A DNA stretch of 64,000 nucleotides. Source: Bugula neritina. Lineage: Eukaryota; Animalia; Bryozoa. The stretch lies in the NCBI GenBank assembly GCA_964035545.1, contig OZ037765.1:14084698-14148697 (forward strand), written 5' to 3'. Each line of letters opens with the position of its first letter. The first letter of the stretch is position 1. Both the position numbers and the translations under genes were made by a program. This document shows, piece by piece, positions 19,925 through 33,931 of this stretch. Below the pieces are notes generated by a model. That model did not search any database and had not been told where the DNA came from. It was given only the letters and a program-made list of their open reading frames with translations.

Positions 19925-21995
19925 TCTAACTGCACTGTCCCGTTCAAGTTATTGTGGAAGGATTCTATCATGGCTTTGAAGGGCAGCAATCTTCGGAGGA
20001 AAGATTTTGAATAAACCCTCTCTGCTGTCCATATCAAGTGCCTTTGTCAGGTCAATAAAAGCAACATAGAGAGTCATCCTTTGCTCTCTACACTTCTCCT
20101 GGAGCTGGTGCAGATAGAAGATCATGTCAATTGTTGACCTTTCAGCATGGAAACCACACTGTGACTCCGAGTAGATCCGTTCAGCTAGTATCTGTAGGCG
20201 AACCAGGATAACTTTGGCAAATACTTTGTCAACGATGCTAAGGAGTGATATGCCTCTGTAGTTGTTGCAGTCACTTCTCTCTCCGTTGTTCTTGTAGAGT
20301 GTGGGAGTTTTTGCATCTCGTGTCTTGTGTTACAGCCAGGGTTGGGGTAATTGTAATTTGTAGCCTAATTGTAATTGGTTGTAATTAATTACATTTTTTC
20401 AAGTAACTGAATGTAATTTGTAATTGATATATGAAAATGTAATTGTAATTAATTACATTGCTAATGTAATTGAATTTTACAATCACTTTATATTTACATA
20501 ACAATTACTTCAATTTTTAAATCTTATAAAATTCATATCTTCCCTGCCTTGCCTACTGTTAAATAAAAAGTTCAGATTAATTTAATGTCGTATTTTTCAC
20601 CCTATTCGTTACTGTTGAGAACAAAGAAGGTTGTCTGTTGTCAAAATTGCCCCTGGTAGTTGGACCCCAGCAGTGAGATTAGATAACTTCTACTTGTCTC
20701 TTGTGAAAACAAAAGTAATTGTAATCGTAATTAATTACATTTATTTTATATGTAATTATAATTGTAATTGACAAATTCTCAAGTAATTGTATTTTTAATT
20801 AGTTACATTCATATGTAATTGACCCCAACCCTGGTTACAACACCTTTTTCCCAGCACTGATGAAGAACTTCATGCAAGGGATGTAAAAGAGTGGTCTTGC
20901 AGCACTTGATGAGATCAGGAGGTATGTCATCATTCAGGTAGGTGCCTTGCCCTGGGTCAAACTATAAATGGCTTTATTGGGTTCATCAACAGTGCGTTTG
21001 GCATCAAGATTATCAATAGTAGACATACATTCGACTGCATCAAAAGCAAAGGAAGACACAACATTCTGGTGAGAGTATAGGTTGGTGTAGTGTTTCATCC
21101 ATCTCTCCATCTGTTTTCCTTTGTTGGTGATGAATTCCTCAGTAGCGGATTTGAGTGGGCCGACATGTTCTGGATTGGTCTCATTGCTTTCTTGGTGCCA
21201 TCATACTCTGATATTTCGTGTAGCGGTTGCACTTTAGATACTTTCGCTGAGCTCAGTCTAGTACTCATTGGCTCAACGCCTGGCAGCCTGTCTAGTTTTA
21301 CTCCTGGCAGCTCTCAGTATACAAAGGTTTCGTTCACTTGGTGATTGCTTGTATTCTGCTAGGGCAGCATGTTTAGCTTCAATGATCGGCGTCATCTCTG
21401 TTGACTTTTCTTCAAACCAATTTTGTGAATTTAAAGTCTTTTTACCAAAAGTGGTCAAGGCTGCACTGTGCGTAGAGTTTTACAGGATCTCCATTTTGCG
21501 AGGGAGAGAATTCCTTTTGAAAAACATCAGCGAATTGGTCCACAAGGTCAAGCTGTGATATCTTGGTAATGATGTCAATGCTAGGTTCCCAGTTTTCTTG
21601 GTATGGTGGAACCGCTTTGGTAGGCGGCCTGATTTTGCAGCATACAAGAGAGTGGTCTGTATCACAGTCTGCACTGTTATAGGAGCGGGTGTGGAGGACA
21701 TCCCCGATAGAATTACGTGTAGTAGGGATCAAATCCAGTTGGTGCCATTAGTTGGAACGTGGGTGTCTCCAAGCAACCTTGTGTTGTGGCTTGGTTTTGA
21801 AGTAAGTGTTGGTAATGCACAAGTTGTAGAGAGCACTGAGTTTGAGCATTCTCTGGCCATTGTCATTCAATCTTTCAACACCAAAGTTTCCTAAGCAAGA
21901 GGGCCATGAGTCATGATCGACGCCCACCCTGGCGTTGAACTCGCCCAGTAGAATCGACTGTTATGGGACCGGGATGTTCCTGATGATGGATGCGG
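19925..21995 (-). mobile_element. Degenerate RTE-clade LINE (AP endonuclease C-terminus through RT N-terminus), interrupted by a MITE
   Basis: Minus-strand fragments ILLGEFNARVG, WRHPRSN.WHQLDL, VLHTRSYNSADCDTDHSLV, NWFEEKSTEM, DCNNYRGISLLS, SESQCGF..ERSTIDMIF..QLQEKCREQR..LYVAFIDLTKA are typical of RTE LINE ORF2. Frameshifts and stops are present. Confidence 0.9.
20337..20833. mobile_element. Non-autonomous hAT-type DNA transposon (MITE, 497 bp)
   Basis: Perfect 12-bp TIRs cagggttggggt (20337-20348) and accccaaccctg (20822-20833). 8-bp TSD gttacagc/gttacaac (one mismatch). Dense subterminal gtaatt/aattac motifs. The LINE homology resumes on either side. Confidence 0.85.
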
Positions 21996-24253
21996 GCTAT
22001 AGACATACTAATCACATACTAATAGTGATGCTCATACTGTGATCTTCACTATGATGCTGCTAGTCATAATGATAATCAAGTTCATAATGCTGCTACTCAA
22101 TATTATTTTACTTTTAATTCAAGTTCAGCTTATGCTTCAACTCCAAATCAATTGCAAAGTCTATCACTGTCAATGAGATCAGTTTGTATTTTAAACCTGA
22201 TTAAGTCAATTGGAATTACAACAACTCAAGTATCAGTGTGACAATCATTAATCAGTATCACAATAAATAAAATTGATCACAAAAAGCATCATAATCACAA
22301 TGGTAATGTAGGACCTAATCATTATTATAATTATAAACTTCAAGTTACATTAAGAGCTTGATCTCATAATCATAATGAGTTTCAATCACAATGATAGCCA
22401 CAGTACGGATGTGATTTTTTTTCCATTTCACTGTGACTTCTACAGTTTCCTAGTTACTTATATTTATTATCAGTTTTAGAATAGGGTTGAGATCATCCCG
22501 TGTTCACTTGGAGTTGGAGTATTTGTAAATCAAAATGACTAAAATCGTGTAAGCTTATAGATTTGTGCATTTGGTCACACTGATAGTATAAATCATAGCA
22601 ATTTAGAGTTGTGCTCATGAAATTATCTAAACGTATAGTTATATTTATTTTTAATCTTATGCTTATAAATATATGAGGATATACAAGCACACTGATTATA
22701 ACTATTGACTTTATATAACATATAGCATTGTTTAATTATTGCTTATAGCTATAATTGCATTATATTTATATTCGTTATACTGGTAGAACTCTCTAAGTCT
22801 ACCTTCCCGTTACTAATATACTTTTAGCTACTGATCATAGCCATGTCCATTGTAGTTATTGACACATTTAATATGTATGCCAATATGTATTATTATTAGC
22901 TTTACCTATTTTGTATTTAATAATTTAAATAAATGGGGGGGTGTGTGTTAAAAGCCACAGTTCCATTTTATCAGCATCATTTATATGTCAGTCTTATTAA
23001 AAGTGATCACTACCACCTACAGTTACTGTCATTCTTGAAAATTTTATTGTTATAAACTTTTTTCCTCATTTTATATTGAATATGTCATAATGTAGGCCCG
23101 CTAAGTACTTATATGTGTTATAAGTCAAATCACCTGAATTTAATTATAATGAAAAGTAAGTTACTGGTATGGCTTTGGCTTTTGACTTCAAGATATTTAA
23201 AGATTCTGTTTACAGTCAAAATGACTAGTTTTGGCAATTATCTAGATTTAGTTTGAGCACGTAAGCAAGTTTGGTCACACTTACTTTAAAAGCGTACTGT
23301 AAGCAAGCCATTTATATTTCTATTTTACACTTCCAATTGGTGTATTGTTGATACATCCAAAGTCTGGTAGCTTTTTATTTTAGTATATGTTTAGAGGTCT
23401 TCTGCCATTTTTGAATCGTAAGAAAAAGTTCTGCTTTCTGATTTACTCACATAACATTTTTACGCTATGGGAATATACACTACAATGTCTGCAAACAAAA
23501 ATATATAAAAATATCTTGTTCAGCTTTTCATAGTTTTGCCTATCTAATGTTGAATTCTTTTCCAATCACATCATTCAACTAAATAGTAAATAGATAAATA
23601 AATCTTAAATTTTCCAATGATGGTAAATGTGCTAGGTAAAATGTTTTAGTAAATAAGTGAATCAAGACAAGAAAGCTGTTTTCGTTATCTGTTTTTGGTA
23701 TTTGATTCTTGTTGCAAGAGTCGAGTCAGGTTAACAACAGGACATATGATTCACAATGTTTTATTTATAATTATGAAGTTTACAAAATAAAATTGGTCTG
23801 CATCTGTGTGACAAACTACCAAGACCTTGATGTTTCTATAATATGATACAAGAAACATTAAACTAGGTAAACAATGAATTGGATTTAGGTTTAATAAGAA
23901 AACTCTCATAAGCCACTTATGTAATAGTAATTACTATACTTATTGAAAAATTCATTTTAAATGGAATTTAGATAAAATTGAATTTTTTACTTTTTTGGGT
24001 CGATTTTGCTTGGGTTATTGAGCTGTTATATTTTTTAATGAACTCAAAAGATACATATTTAGTTTGTGAAGAATTCAGCTCATCTAGCTATTCACTCTCA
24101 AAAACATGTGTGCCATTTATGGTAGCTTAAAACCTTAACATTTAACATTTTATTCATTTGTGTATATCGATTACAAAGATGCTAATTTCTCTTTTAGGTA
24201 TACAGAATAAGTCCTGAAATCTATAAAGTCCGTAGAAGCTATAAATTGAAGAT

Positions 24254-27200
24254 ATGCCTCCAAGGAAGCGTAAAGCTCCAGGTTTGCTTTAGATTAGTTT
24301 AATGTTAAATTTGTGTAGTCTGTTTTACAAATTATACAAAATTTCTAAACTTGACATTGAGTTATTGGCCCAGTAAATGTTCTTTCTGGTATATAGCGCT
24401 GTCTTGTCAACATAATGGTTTTCTTATTTGATTTTTTAAAATAATATCTCATAATTAAATATTTTGTTTATAATTCTCTTGGTTTATGCCAATCTAAGCC
24501 ACATCTTAAAATGTATCTATTTATATGCTGATAGCTTTGAATGGAAGGTTTTAACGGTTAATGTTTGATGTAGCTTCTGGAGGTCCTGCAGTAAAGAGTG
24601 CTAAAGCTTCTTCCGTGGCAATAAAGTCAGGTTCTGTATTTGCAGTGTTACTTATATGTATTTTAATCTCTCACAATCTTACTACTGAGTTACATACGTA
24701 CTATACAAATTCCTTGAGCTCCTGTGAATAATTTTTCTCTCAATGCACCAAAAAACTTATTCCTAAGTGATTATCGTTTTTGTGTGTTTCCATAAGGATT
24801 TATTTAAGCTCTTTTGGTTACAAAATAGCATGCAAGTTTCAAAAGGAGTTATTTGATTATTTCAGTGGCTAAAAGTAATGCATATTTCCCTAGTTTTCAC
24901 TCGTATCAAAAATCAAATTATCACGTGACCATTGCAGGTTACTGAATAACTTTTATAAATGTAAGAGTTGGATGCAATGTATTGAAAAAATATTTACCTA
25001 CACTTGCCTTCAACTCATATGGCAACAAAACTAGCAATTTGCTAATTTTGAACTTAGTCTAACTAGCGCAAATAGTTATGGGGAACAGCTTGAAAAGATC
25101 AGGGGTAGCAAGTAAGGGCGCTCTTAATAACTCAAGCATCCTTTCTAAGATTGGAATTGGTTTGGTTGGTTCATAGGTAAGAGCACGCTTCACCTGTTAG
25201 GGGAATAAGTGTCATAGAAGCTTAACCCGTCTTCGTAAATATTGATAGTTTTTTAGTGTAAAATCATTTTGATATCAAGCATTGTTATTCACAATCTAGT
25301 TTATTGTGTGAGTAAAATTAATAATTGTGTAATAATGAAGCACCAATTTTATTATATTATCAAGTAGAGCTCTAGAAACTTCTAAAGATTGGAAAAAGCA
25401 TATCAGCTATTCAAAGATCTTTTTCCTTGTGTGTTGTGATACAATTACGGTCGCTATACTTCATAAATTAATAATGATGCATTTATGTAATAATTATAGA
25501 TGACAGTGTGCAGTTGGATGGACAGTATCAATGGGAATGGGAAGAAAAACCCGGCAGTTGGCTGATCTTTGATGATAAGATACAAATAAGCCTTTCTGAT
25601 GCTTTCAATAACAAAGAGGATGAGGTTTGTACAAAGCATGTAATATTTTAAAAATACCCTTGTTGTTATTTTCTTAATATTTTGGTTTGACTATTCTGTT
25701 AAAGGCACTGATTAATGCTAAATAATATTTTCTTTACGCTACAGTATCATGTCGATGATGAAACCGTCGTCTCTTTTTTAAAACCTGTTAGAAAAACTAA
25801 GAAAACTGGTTATCAAAAGAGGGTGAGAATTGGCAAGAAAGATAAAGACTGTGACAATCAAGGTATGCCGGCTAAATAAGCATATCTACTATAATATATA
25901 TTGAATGGTATTAAGGTGTTCAAAAAGTTATATCTAAAACTTGCAAATATTTGCAGCCAAGTCTTGCACCAAAAACCACTGTTTATAGCAAATACTGCTG
26001 GTCGTTAAAGTTTCTATAAATAGAAATAATTTAGTGAATAATTGAATAATAAATGATTTAGTGATGATTTGGAGCTGGGAGGATGGTAGGAAAAAGAGAC
26101 ATTTCTACAGTGCCTCTAGTGTGGCACAACTTGAGGACCAGCCCACAGCTGCTGGCTTGGACGTCTATTCTGAAGGGAAATCATATAATGTTGATGTGAA
26201 AAATAAGCTCCATACTCCTAGATTCGCCATGTATAGAGAGGAATCAGGTTTGTATTCACTATACTTCAGTTCTAGTTATGCGTAGTGAGCATCACTTGCA
26301 CTTTTTTTGTCAATGGAAAGTTCAGATTTGCTCACTCTGTCTAAAATTAGGCACAGTGTTTGTTTTCATTTGTTAGTTATACGGAGCTAAAAGCTTCTAC
26401 AAATGTAGATGTTCTAGCAGCATAACGCGGTTGTTTTTCCAAAAGAAGTATTTATTTTTCCTAGTCTGAATCAATTATTCGAATTGCATTTCAAATTCAG
26501 AAATCAAATCTTAAATTTCTGCCCTAAAGTGGTAATTGCTATGAACTATTTCAGCTGTTGCAACAGCTACAAATTGGTTCTAAAACTATTTCTCACACAG
26601 TAGTTACTAAGATTTTGTACAAACCTTCTGTGGTAAGGCAACTAAATCTAAATAAAAATACTGATGATTTTTAAATCACTTTCAAATTATGTTTGTGCAG
26701 CTTTAAACGTTGGTTTGCTGCCACTAGTCGGTGTAATAGCTAATCACTGACGAGCCAAATCACTAAAATATTAAACATACATGCTGCTAAAACTTAATTA
26801 ACATAAAGGTATGTGATCCATAAAATATAAGAATTTTACAGGAGTAAAGCATTGCATAAAGAAGTTTCGTCCTTTTAATGTTTTGCCGTGCAAAAATTGT
26901 AACTAGCAAGCTCCAAAATTTCTGATACAAAACGAGTTAGGTGCAAGAAGGCCTTTAAACTTTGTTTCAAGTTAGTTAGATCTCCACAACATTTCACTAA
27001 AGACAGCTGATGTCAATTGTAATTACTCACAGCTTATTATGTGCTGTCTCCTTCAATGTAGATGCAGATACCCAAATTTCTAGTATCACGCTACAGCATA
27101 TCAGATATACCATTGACCCATTATACAGCTACAAGGTGTAATCAGTTGATGAACGTTTTCTGTCACATTGGACAACCAGCAAACACATTTCAATAATTTA

Positions 27201-30200
27201 CACTGCAACATTATGTAGGATAAATATCAATAGTTTTTGCATAAGTGTCTTGAATCTAGGAAAGATAAGTGTTTTAACAGAACGCTGCTAGAGTTTTTGT
27301 ATTATGTGCTTCTTTCCATTAACATCAAATGAAAACTGTTGGCTGCAAATCACACAGAATGTTTATATTACCACTATAATATATGCTTATATTACTACTA
27401 TAATAGATGCTTATATTATTACTATACTAGATGCTTATATTACTAATATAATAGATGCTTGTATTACTACTATAATAGTTGCTTATATTACTACTATATT
27501 AGATGCTAAGCCAGAGCCACCTAAGCCATCCACCAGTAAGAGTAAAGATGCTCCTGCTTCAAAGGGTAAAACTCTCAAAGTGGAGTCTAAACCTGAAGAA
27601 AAGGTAGTAGGTGAGTTGCCTGCTCAAGGTGTTTTGTTTCTTTGATATTACAGCTGGTCATTGATAAGCAAAGACTATCACTAATACAAAAGTCCATCAT
27701 ATTTTAGGTCACATCGGCTCTAAATTCTTGATTTAGCTTTCCAAACTTGTCTAGGGTTGTTGCATGCCATTAGTTACATATTGTTCCATATCTGGGTATA
27801 ATATTTACTTTTCAAAAATATGTTTTGAACTTTTTAATATACTAAAGTTCCAGTGGTAAAAAGAGTAAATCTATCATTAACAATGATAGATTTACTCTTT
27901 TGAGACCAAAATTGTTCATGAGTTTATTTTGTGTGCCAATTTATACGAATAAATATTTGATTGAATTGTATTGTGCTGCAGAAAAGACTATTACTGTAAA
28001 AGGAAAAGCTCCAGTTGACAATGAGTACCCTTCATCCAGTTCTGTACATGTGTTCTACGATGACAATGATATCTGGGACTGTATGCTTAATCAGGTATGC
28101 ACCACGCGTGTTTCTTTCAACATGACTTACCATTTGTATGCTATTATACACAAATACTGAAATCGGGGCTCACAATCTGACTCATTACATAACTGTGCCT
28201 CTGTGGAGTATACTTGAAGTTGTTTTATGATACACTCCTGGCTAACAGTTACTGAACGAGCTTTTACTTGCAGACCAACTTGCAGAACAACAACAACAAA
28301 TATTACTTGATTCAACTACTGAAGTCAGACACCTCTACCTCCTACACTGTCTGGATGAGATGGGGCAGGGTGGGAAAGAAAGGTCAAACTGCTGAATTAC
28401 CTTGTGGCCCTGATTTAAAGAAAGCGAAGAGCTTATTTGTTAAAAAGTAAGAGTATATATCTATTTAACTTAGTAGTTTATAAATATAAGTGTTTTCTAT
28501 CCATCATTTAGTTACGAAAGGGCATGGACAGTCTATCATGATAATATTTCCTTACAGCCTGTTGGCTGCAAATCTGCTAAGACTACCTGCACCATTATGT
28601 TGTGCAACAAGCTGGTCCTCTGCCTTACCATTTGTAAGCACTTGAGTAATGTGTAGTATTGTTGTATCATACAGGTTCCACTTGAGTAATGTGTAGTATT
28701 GTTGTATCATACAGGTTACACTTGAGTAATGTGTAGTATTGTTGTATCATACAGGTTCCACTTGAGTAATGTGTAGTATTGTTGTATCATACAGGTTCCA
28801 CTTGAGTAATGTGTAGTATTGTTGTATCATACAGGTTCCACTAGAGTAATGTGTAGTATTGTTGTATCATACAGGTTACACTTGAGTAATGTGTAGTATT
28901 GTTGTATCATACAGGTTCCATGATAAGACAAAGAATGATTGGGATTCTCGGGCCACCTTCTCAAAGGTTGCAGGAAAATATGACTTGCTAGAAATGGACT
29001 ATGATACAGTAAGTTGTCGATATTGGCATGTTATCATGATACTTAGTATACCAAAATTTGGAAATGTCAGCTTGTTCAACATAAAAGCCTATAAAATAGA
29101 GAAAGCAAGCCTGTATATAAATAATGCTGCTATAGTACCGTCAAGGTAAGCCGTAGACCATATTTTTATTTTGTAATCCTCTGCTAAATGAAACCCGGCT
29201 GAATAGTTCTAAAAAAAGTTTAACTGGTGCCTAAAACTGACCGCAATTTTATGTCATAATTGGAAGTCTGCAACATATTGGTACTAGCCATGTCATTTTA
29301 CAGGCTATTGTTAGTGTGTGTCCGTATTTGTTCATTATTCATTATACAAAGTTTACATCATATTTAGCATCATTACTTAGCAAATTTTGAAGATTAAACT
29401 TTTCATCAGTAACATCAGTATTACCTTCCCCTTACAATTTAACAATTTTTTTCAGTTTGAATAAAAAATAGTGTGCATTAATTAAACATTAGTTTCTATA
29501 ACTAATTTTAAATGCGCCAATAGTCAGAAAACTTCAGTAGGTCACTTCTAATTTTTAAAAACTCAAAGTTTGCAGTCCTGGGGGATCCAGTATAGCTCTT
29601 ATAGATAAATGACTTCTATATTATCTAATGTGCACATTTACATTGACAGGGTGGTCAGGTAGATGAAGTGGATACCAGCAAGGTAGCCAAGAAGGTAGAT
29701 GTACCTGATTCCACTTTAGATAAGCAGGTGCAGGTAGGTAATTCATACCTTTTCTCTTTTGGTATTTTAAAAACCGGTGCTGCATTAAATATTTATTTCG
29801 GTGCAGTTTAATTTACTTACATGTAGATCGAACAATATTTAACATATTTAGATATGTTTGTATGCAATGATTTTGTAATCTTATTACCATGACTTGAACC
29901 TAGATGTGCGCTACCTTCTTGATATAGTCAATCATCATCTTAGTATTATTTTATTTGTATGTTATAGGATTTGATAAGACTCATCTGTGATATCAAAGCA
30001 ATGGAAGAGGCTGTGGTGGAGATGAAATATGATGCTAAGAAGGCACCATTAGGTCAGTCTCTATCTCTATACACATAGCCTTATATCTATGTATTATATG
30101 TGATGCCATTGTTGATTAGTATTACAGTTAGTCTGTCGTAATACTCAAGATCCTGAAATATACTATGTAGCCTGATAGCCTTGCCATCGCCACATTACAG

Positions 30201-33200
30201 CTCTTCAAATGCATTAGTACTGCTTCTTTTACTTGGTTTGTTGTAGGACAAACTAAAATATTTTATATAAGAACCTTTTTTCTGATGGTAAACTTAAATT
30301 CAGTAACTGAAAATAATGTCTATTGGCACTAGATTTTTTTGACCTAAACAATTTAATATTGACGACTAGATTATAGCACCTGTATAGATGCTGTAATTTG
30401 GTGAACTATAATCAAAATATTCATGACTCGTCTCTTTCACTAGGAAAGCTCACCAAGTCTCAAATTAAGCAAGGCTATTCAGCTTTAAAGCAAATAGAGC
30501 AACTTCTGGAAAAGAAAGATTTAGGGTCCAAACTCACTGAAGCATGCAATGCATTTTACACAAGAATACCCCATGATTTTGGGTAAGGGCTGTTGTTGAA
30601 AGCATCTTTCAAAACCTTGGATACAATAATTTGGAATAAGCATTTTTTTTACCCATACAGAGTTTTGGAAACAATTTTTTTAACTGTACCAACCTGAATT
30701 TGAAAAAGTAAAACACTAAAACGTGGTAGCTTTAGATGTGTGTTAACATTCAGTGCAATGAGCCTTTGTTAAAAAGATTTGCAGCATGTATGTGTGTGTG
30801 CGTCTTATAGAATGAAGCCTCCAGAGAGAATAACTACATTGGCACTTTTACAAAATAAGATGAGCTTACTTGAAGCCCTGGGTGATATTGAGATAGCTGT
30901 CAATGTACTGAAAGCAGGTGATCAGTCTATCAATCCAGTAGATAGGCATTATCTGTCACTGGAGTGTAATCTTCAGCCAATGAACAAGTCTCATGAGATG
31001 TATGAGGTCGGTATGAATTTTTCCACAACCTTTGAAGCTACAACCAATATATTCAACATGTATTAGATTTTCACGGAAAAAACAGTTGATATTTTAATGA
31101 CATACATGTTTTACTGCAATTGAAATTTATATAAATCATGAAATTATTGGCTTTGTTTAATTTGTTATGTACGAGTTTGTTTTATATCTAATGAAGTCCT
31201 GTTTTGTAATGGACTTATTTGAAACTTACCTCTCCATATATTGTAGATATTAGCAAATTACTTGCAATCTACGCATGCCTCTACGCACAGCCAGTATTCC
31301 ATGCAGCTGTTGGACATATTTAGTTGTGACAAGGATGAGGGGGAAGCAAGCACTGTGGGTAACAAGTAAGTCTTTCAATTGGTGACAAACTCATAGTCAT
31401 CAAAGAGTTGATATGTGAAGAATTTCAATGCTATTTCTAATGGATTTGTTCATTTAAAAGCAAGTTATTCTATATGGTTGGGTTTAGATGAAGCTATCTG
31501 TTGAAGTATGAGAATTTGTTTAAAGGTTTTTTCTTTTGCTATTCTTTGTATGTAAACTTTTTAGGATGTTGTTATGGCATGGTTCTCGGCTAACAAACTG
31601 GGTTGGGATTTTAGCTAAGGGTTTGAGAATTGCTCCCCCTGAAGCCCCTGTGACAGGATACATGGTAAGCTGGTGATGCTTACTACATAATATTGTGGAA
31701 CTTATGAACACTCATTACAGCGATGCTAGCTGTAAGCTTCAATTACAGTATGAACTTTTCATAGTGACAAGTATTGTATTGTCTGTTTAATCTATAAATT
31801 TTGCTCTTTTAGTTCGGTAAAGGAGTCTATTTTGCTGATTGCTCCAGTAAGAGTGCAAATTACTGCTTTCCAACAAGAACTAAGAATGTCGGCTTACTCT
31901 TGCTCTGTGAAGTAGCACTAGGTACACTTTTGTATTTGTATTTCAACATTTACATGTAGATGTATTTCATAAAGCTGGCCTTGTTTCGCCAGTCGCTGTA
32001 TTTTCTCTGAAGTTTACTGAAAATTTTAAAGCATGAAAACTTTCAAATTAACGCAGTGCCCTTAGTATATCGGTGGTTAAATTATCTTTTCTCTAATATT
32101 TGTTACTGCTGGAGTTACAGTTGACCATAACTGGTTGAAATATGATGTTTTAAGTTGCTAGAGATTAGTCTACTCTTGACTGTGATTATTGTTAATGTGA
32201 TAAGTGCCTTTATCTTATCTCATTTCGTTTTATTTAAGGTAAATCAAGAGAACTGTTAGCCTCGGACTACTACGCGAATAAACTGCCCAAAGGCATGCAT
32301 TCTGTTAAAGGGTGTGGAAAGAATCACCCAAATCCTGCCTCCAATATCACTAAGTAAGTCTAGTGCTGTTTTAACCATTTATTCTGGTCAGTTTAGCTCA
32401 AAGCTTTAATATCTCCGTTAGTTGAACTTTTCTGTCACAACAAATGGCAGCAGGTGAAATGTGTTATCAGATATGTTTGAACAGTTGAGACATAACTACG
32501 AATGTTGTGAAACTTATGAAATGTATTGAATGAAGTTTCAACTTGGAAACACTAAAATTTGAGTTCGGTAGACAGTGTTTAAAATTTCAAGTTCGCCTAT
32601 AGAAAAATATATAAAGATTTCAGCACATGTTTCTACATGTAATATTATATTATTATGATAGAGTTAAATATGAAGGCTGAGACTAATCTGTTTCAACTTG
32701 ACCTTGAAATAAACATAAGTTAAAAGTTTGTCACATGTTCTCAGTTTTATATTTATATTAGGTTTGTACCCGGTTATAAAAATTCGTTAGAACTAGATGC
32801 AAGAGTTGTTAAAGTGATGGTGATTATGATTTGAGTTATTGCTCATGTTTATACTTACCAGTAACTAGTAGCTAATTGTTGCTACATTAGTTTGTAATAT
32901 TACATTGCAGTGATGAATTATATATTTTATTGTGTTTAATAAATATTTAACAGCTCTGAAATTACAGATAGAATTTTCTTTGTGGGTTGATATTAGGCTA
33001 TTTCTACTTTTAAATGTGTAACATGTTATGGCAGTAACTGTGAATCTTGATTTTTATGGCAGGGTACCTTTTTCATTGTGTATGTAAACCATCCTAGTGA
33101 TTAGTCTGTGTATTGAATTTATTAAAAATAACGTGGAATAACAATTGGTAATAATCAATGTTAGCTAGATTTCTAAGAGCTTGGGTCAAAGTCTGGTATT

Positions 33201-33931
33201 AATTGAGAACATGAGAACATTTTTATGCAAAATCTGTTATTAAACAGAATTTCTTGAAAGCCTATAGCTGAGATATTTCTAGGTATTTTTATATTGCATA
33301 AATGTAACTAGCCTGCCTGCTTCATATGGGACATGTTTTTTATTTCATGCTGAAATATAGATTGCTGTGCAGGCTATAAGAAATCCAACTTAGTGTTTGC
33401 CTTGGTCCACACTATAGTCTGTTCAACAAACATTAATTGCTGTGTGGTTGCTTGACTCAAGCTCTACATACACAAGTTCATCACCAAGTTATCTTGTAGA
33501 TGTAAATATATGCTTGGCTTGAGTGTGTAATTTCTAGTTGAGACTTTGGGTTTAAAGCATGCTTGCTTTATTTTACTGAAATTATACAATTTTCCATATT
33601 ATAAGATTATTATTTATCACTCACATTATTATCTGATAGATATGAGAGAAATTGCAAGTCTGCATTTCCTTCAAAGTAGTATGATAGATAATATAGTTTT
33701 AAATTGAAATTGTGCCAGGTAATCATATCATTTAATTTATTGAATATAATGTTTTATTGTTAAATGTTGTGTTGCAGAGATGGAGTAAACATTCCAACTG
33801 GCAATCTGGTGGACTCTGGTGTCAATAACCCTTCTGGATATACCTTGCAGTATAATGAGTACATTGTTTACAACACTAATCAAATCAAAATGAAATACTT
33901 GTTTAAAGTGAAATTCAATTTTAAATATTAA
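24254..33931 (+). CDS. PARP2: Poly(ADP-ribose) polymerase, PARP2-like, with N-terminal WWE-like domains (WWE-WWE-WGR-regulatory-catalytic), ~700 aa, 18 coding exons
   Basis: Phase-consistent GT-AG exons: 24254-24281, 24574-24630, 25500-25624, 25745-25862, 26062-26247, 27503-27610, 27982-28094, 28274-28446, 28915-29008, 29650-29733, 29968-30052, 30444-30582, 30811-31006, 31247-31365, 31565-31664, 31813-31921, 32239-32353, 33778-33931 (2,103 nt). Motifs: [97 protein letters not shown]. The H-Y-E triad is intact. Confidence 0.93.
27358..27507 (+). repeat. 24-bp minisatellite (gatgcttatattactactataata) x~6 ending at the PARP exon-6 splice acceptor
   Basis: Units at 27358, 27382, 27406, 27430, 27454, 27478 and a partial unit at 27502. 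Confidence 0.9.
28641..28920 (+). repeat. 40-bp minisatellite (cttgagtaatgtgtagtattgttgtatcatacaggttcca) x7 ending at the PARP exon-9 splice acceptor
   Basis: Seven near-identical units at exact 40-bp spacing; the last contains the functional acag|gttccat junction at 28914/28915. Confidence 0.95.

Noticed and set aside
23150-23415. Minus-strand aaaATGGCAGAAGAC... as a gene divergent from PARP
   Set aside because: A stop occurs after five codons, all frames have multiple stops, and no product was recognisable.
28641-28920. Regular 40-bp repeats as a CRISPR-like array
   Set aside because: There are no unique spacers, it is a head-to-tail minisatellite in a eukaryotic intron, and no cas genes are present.
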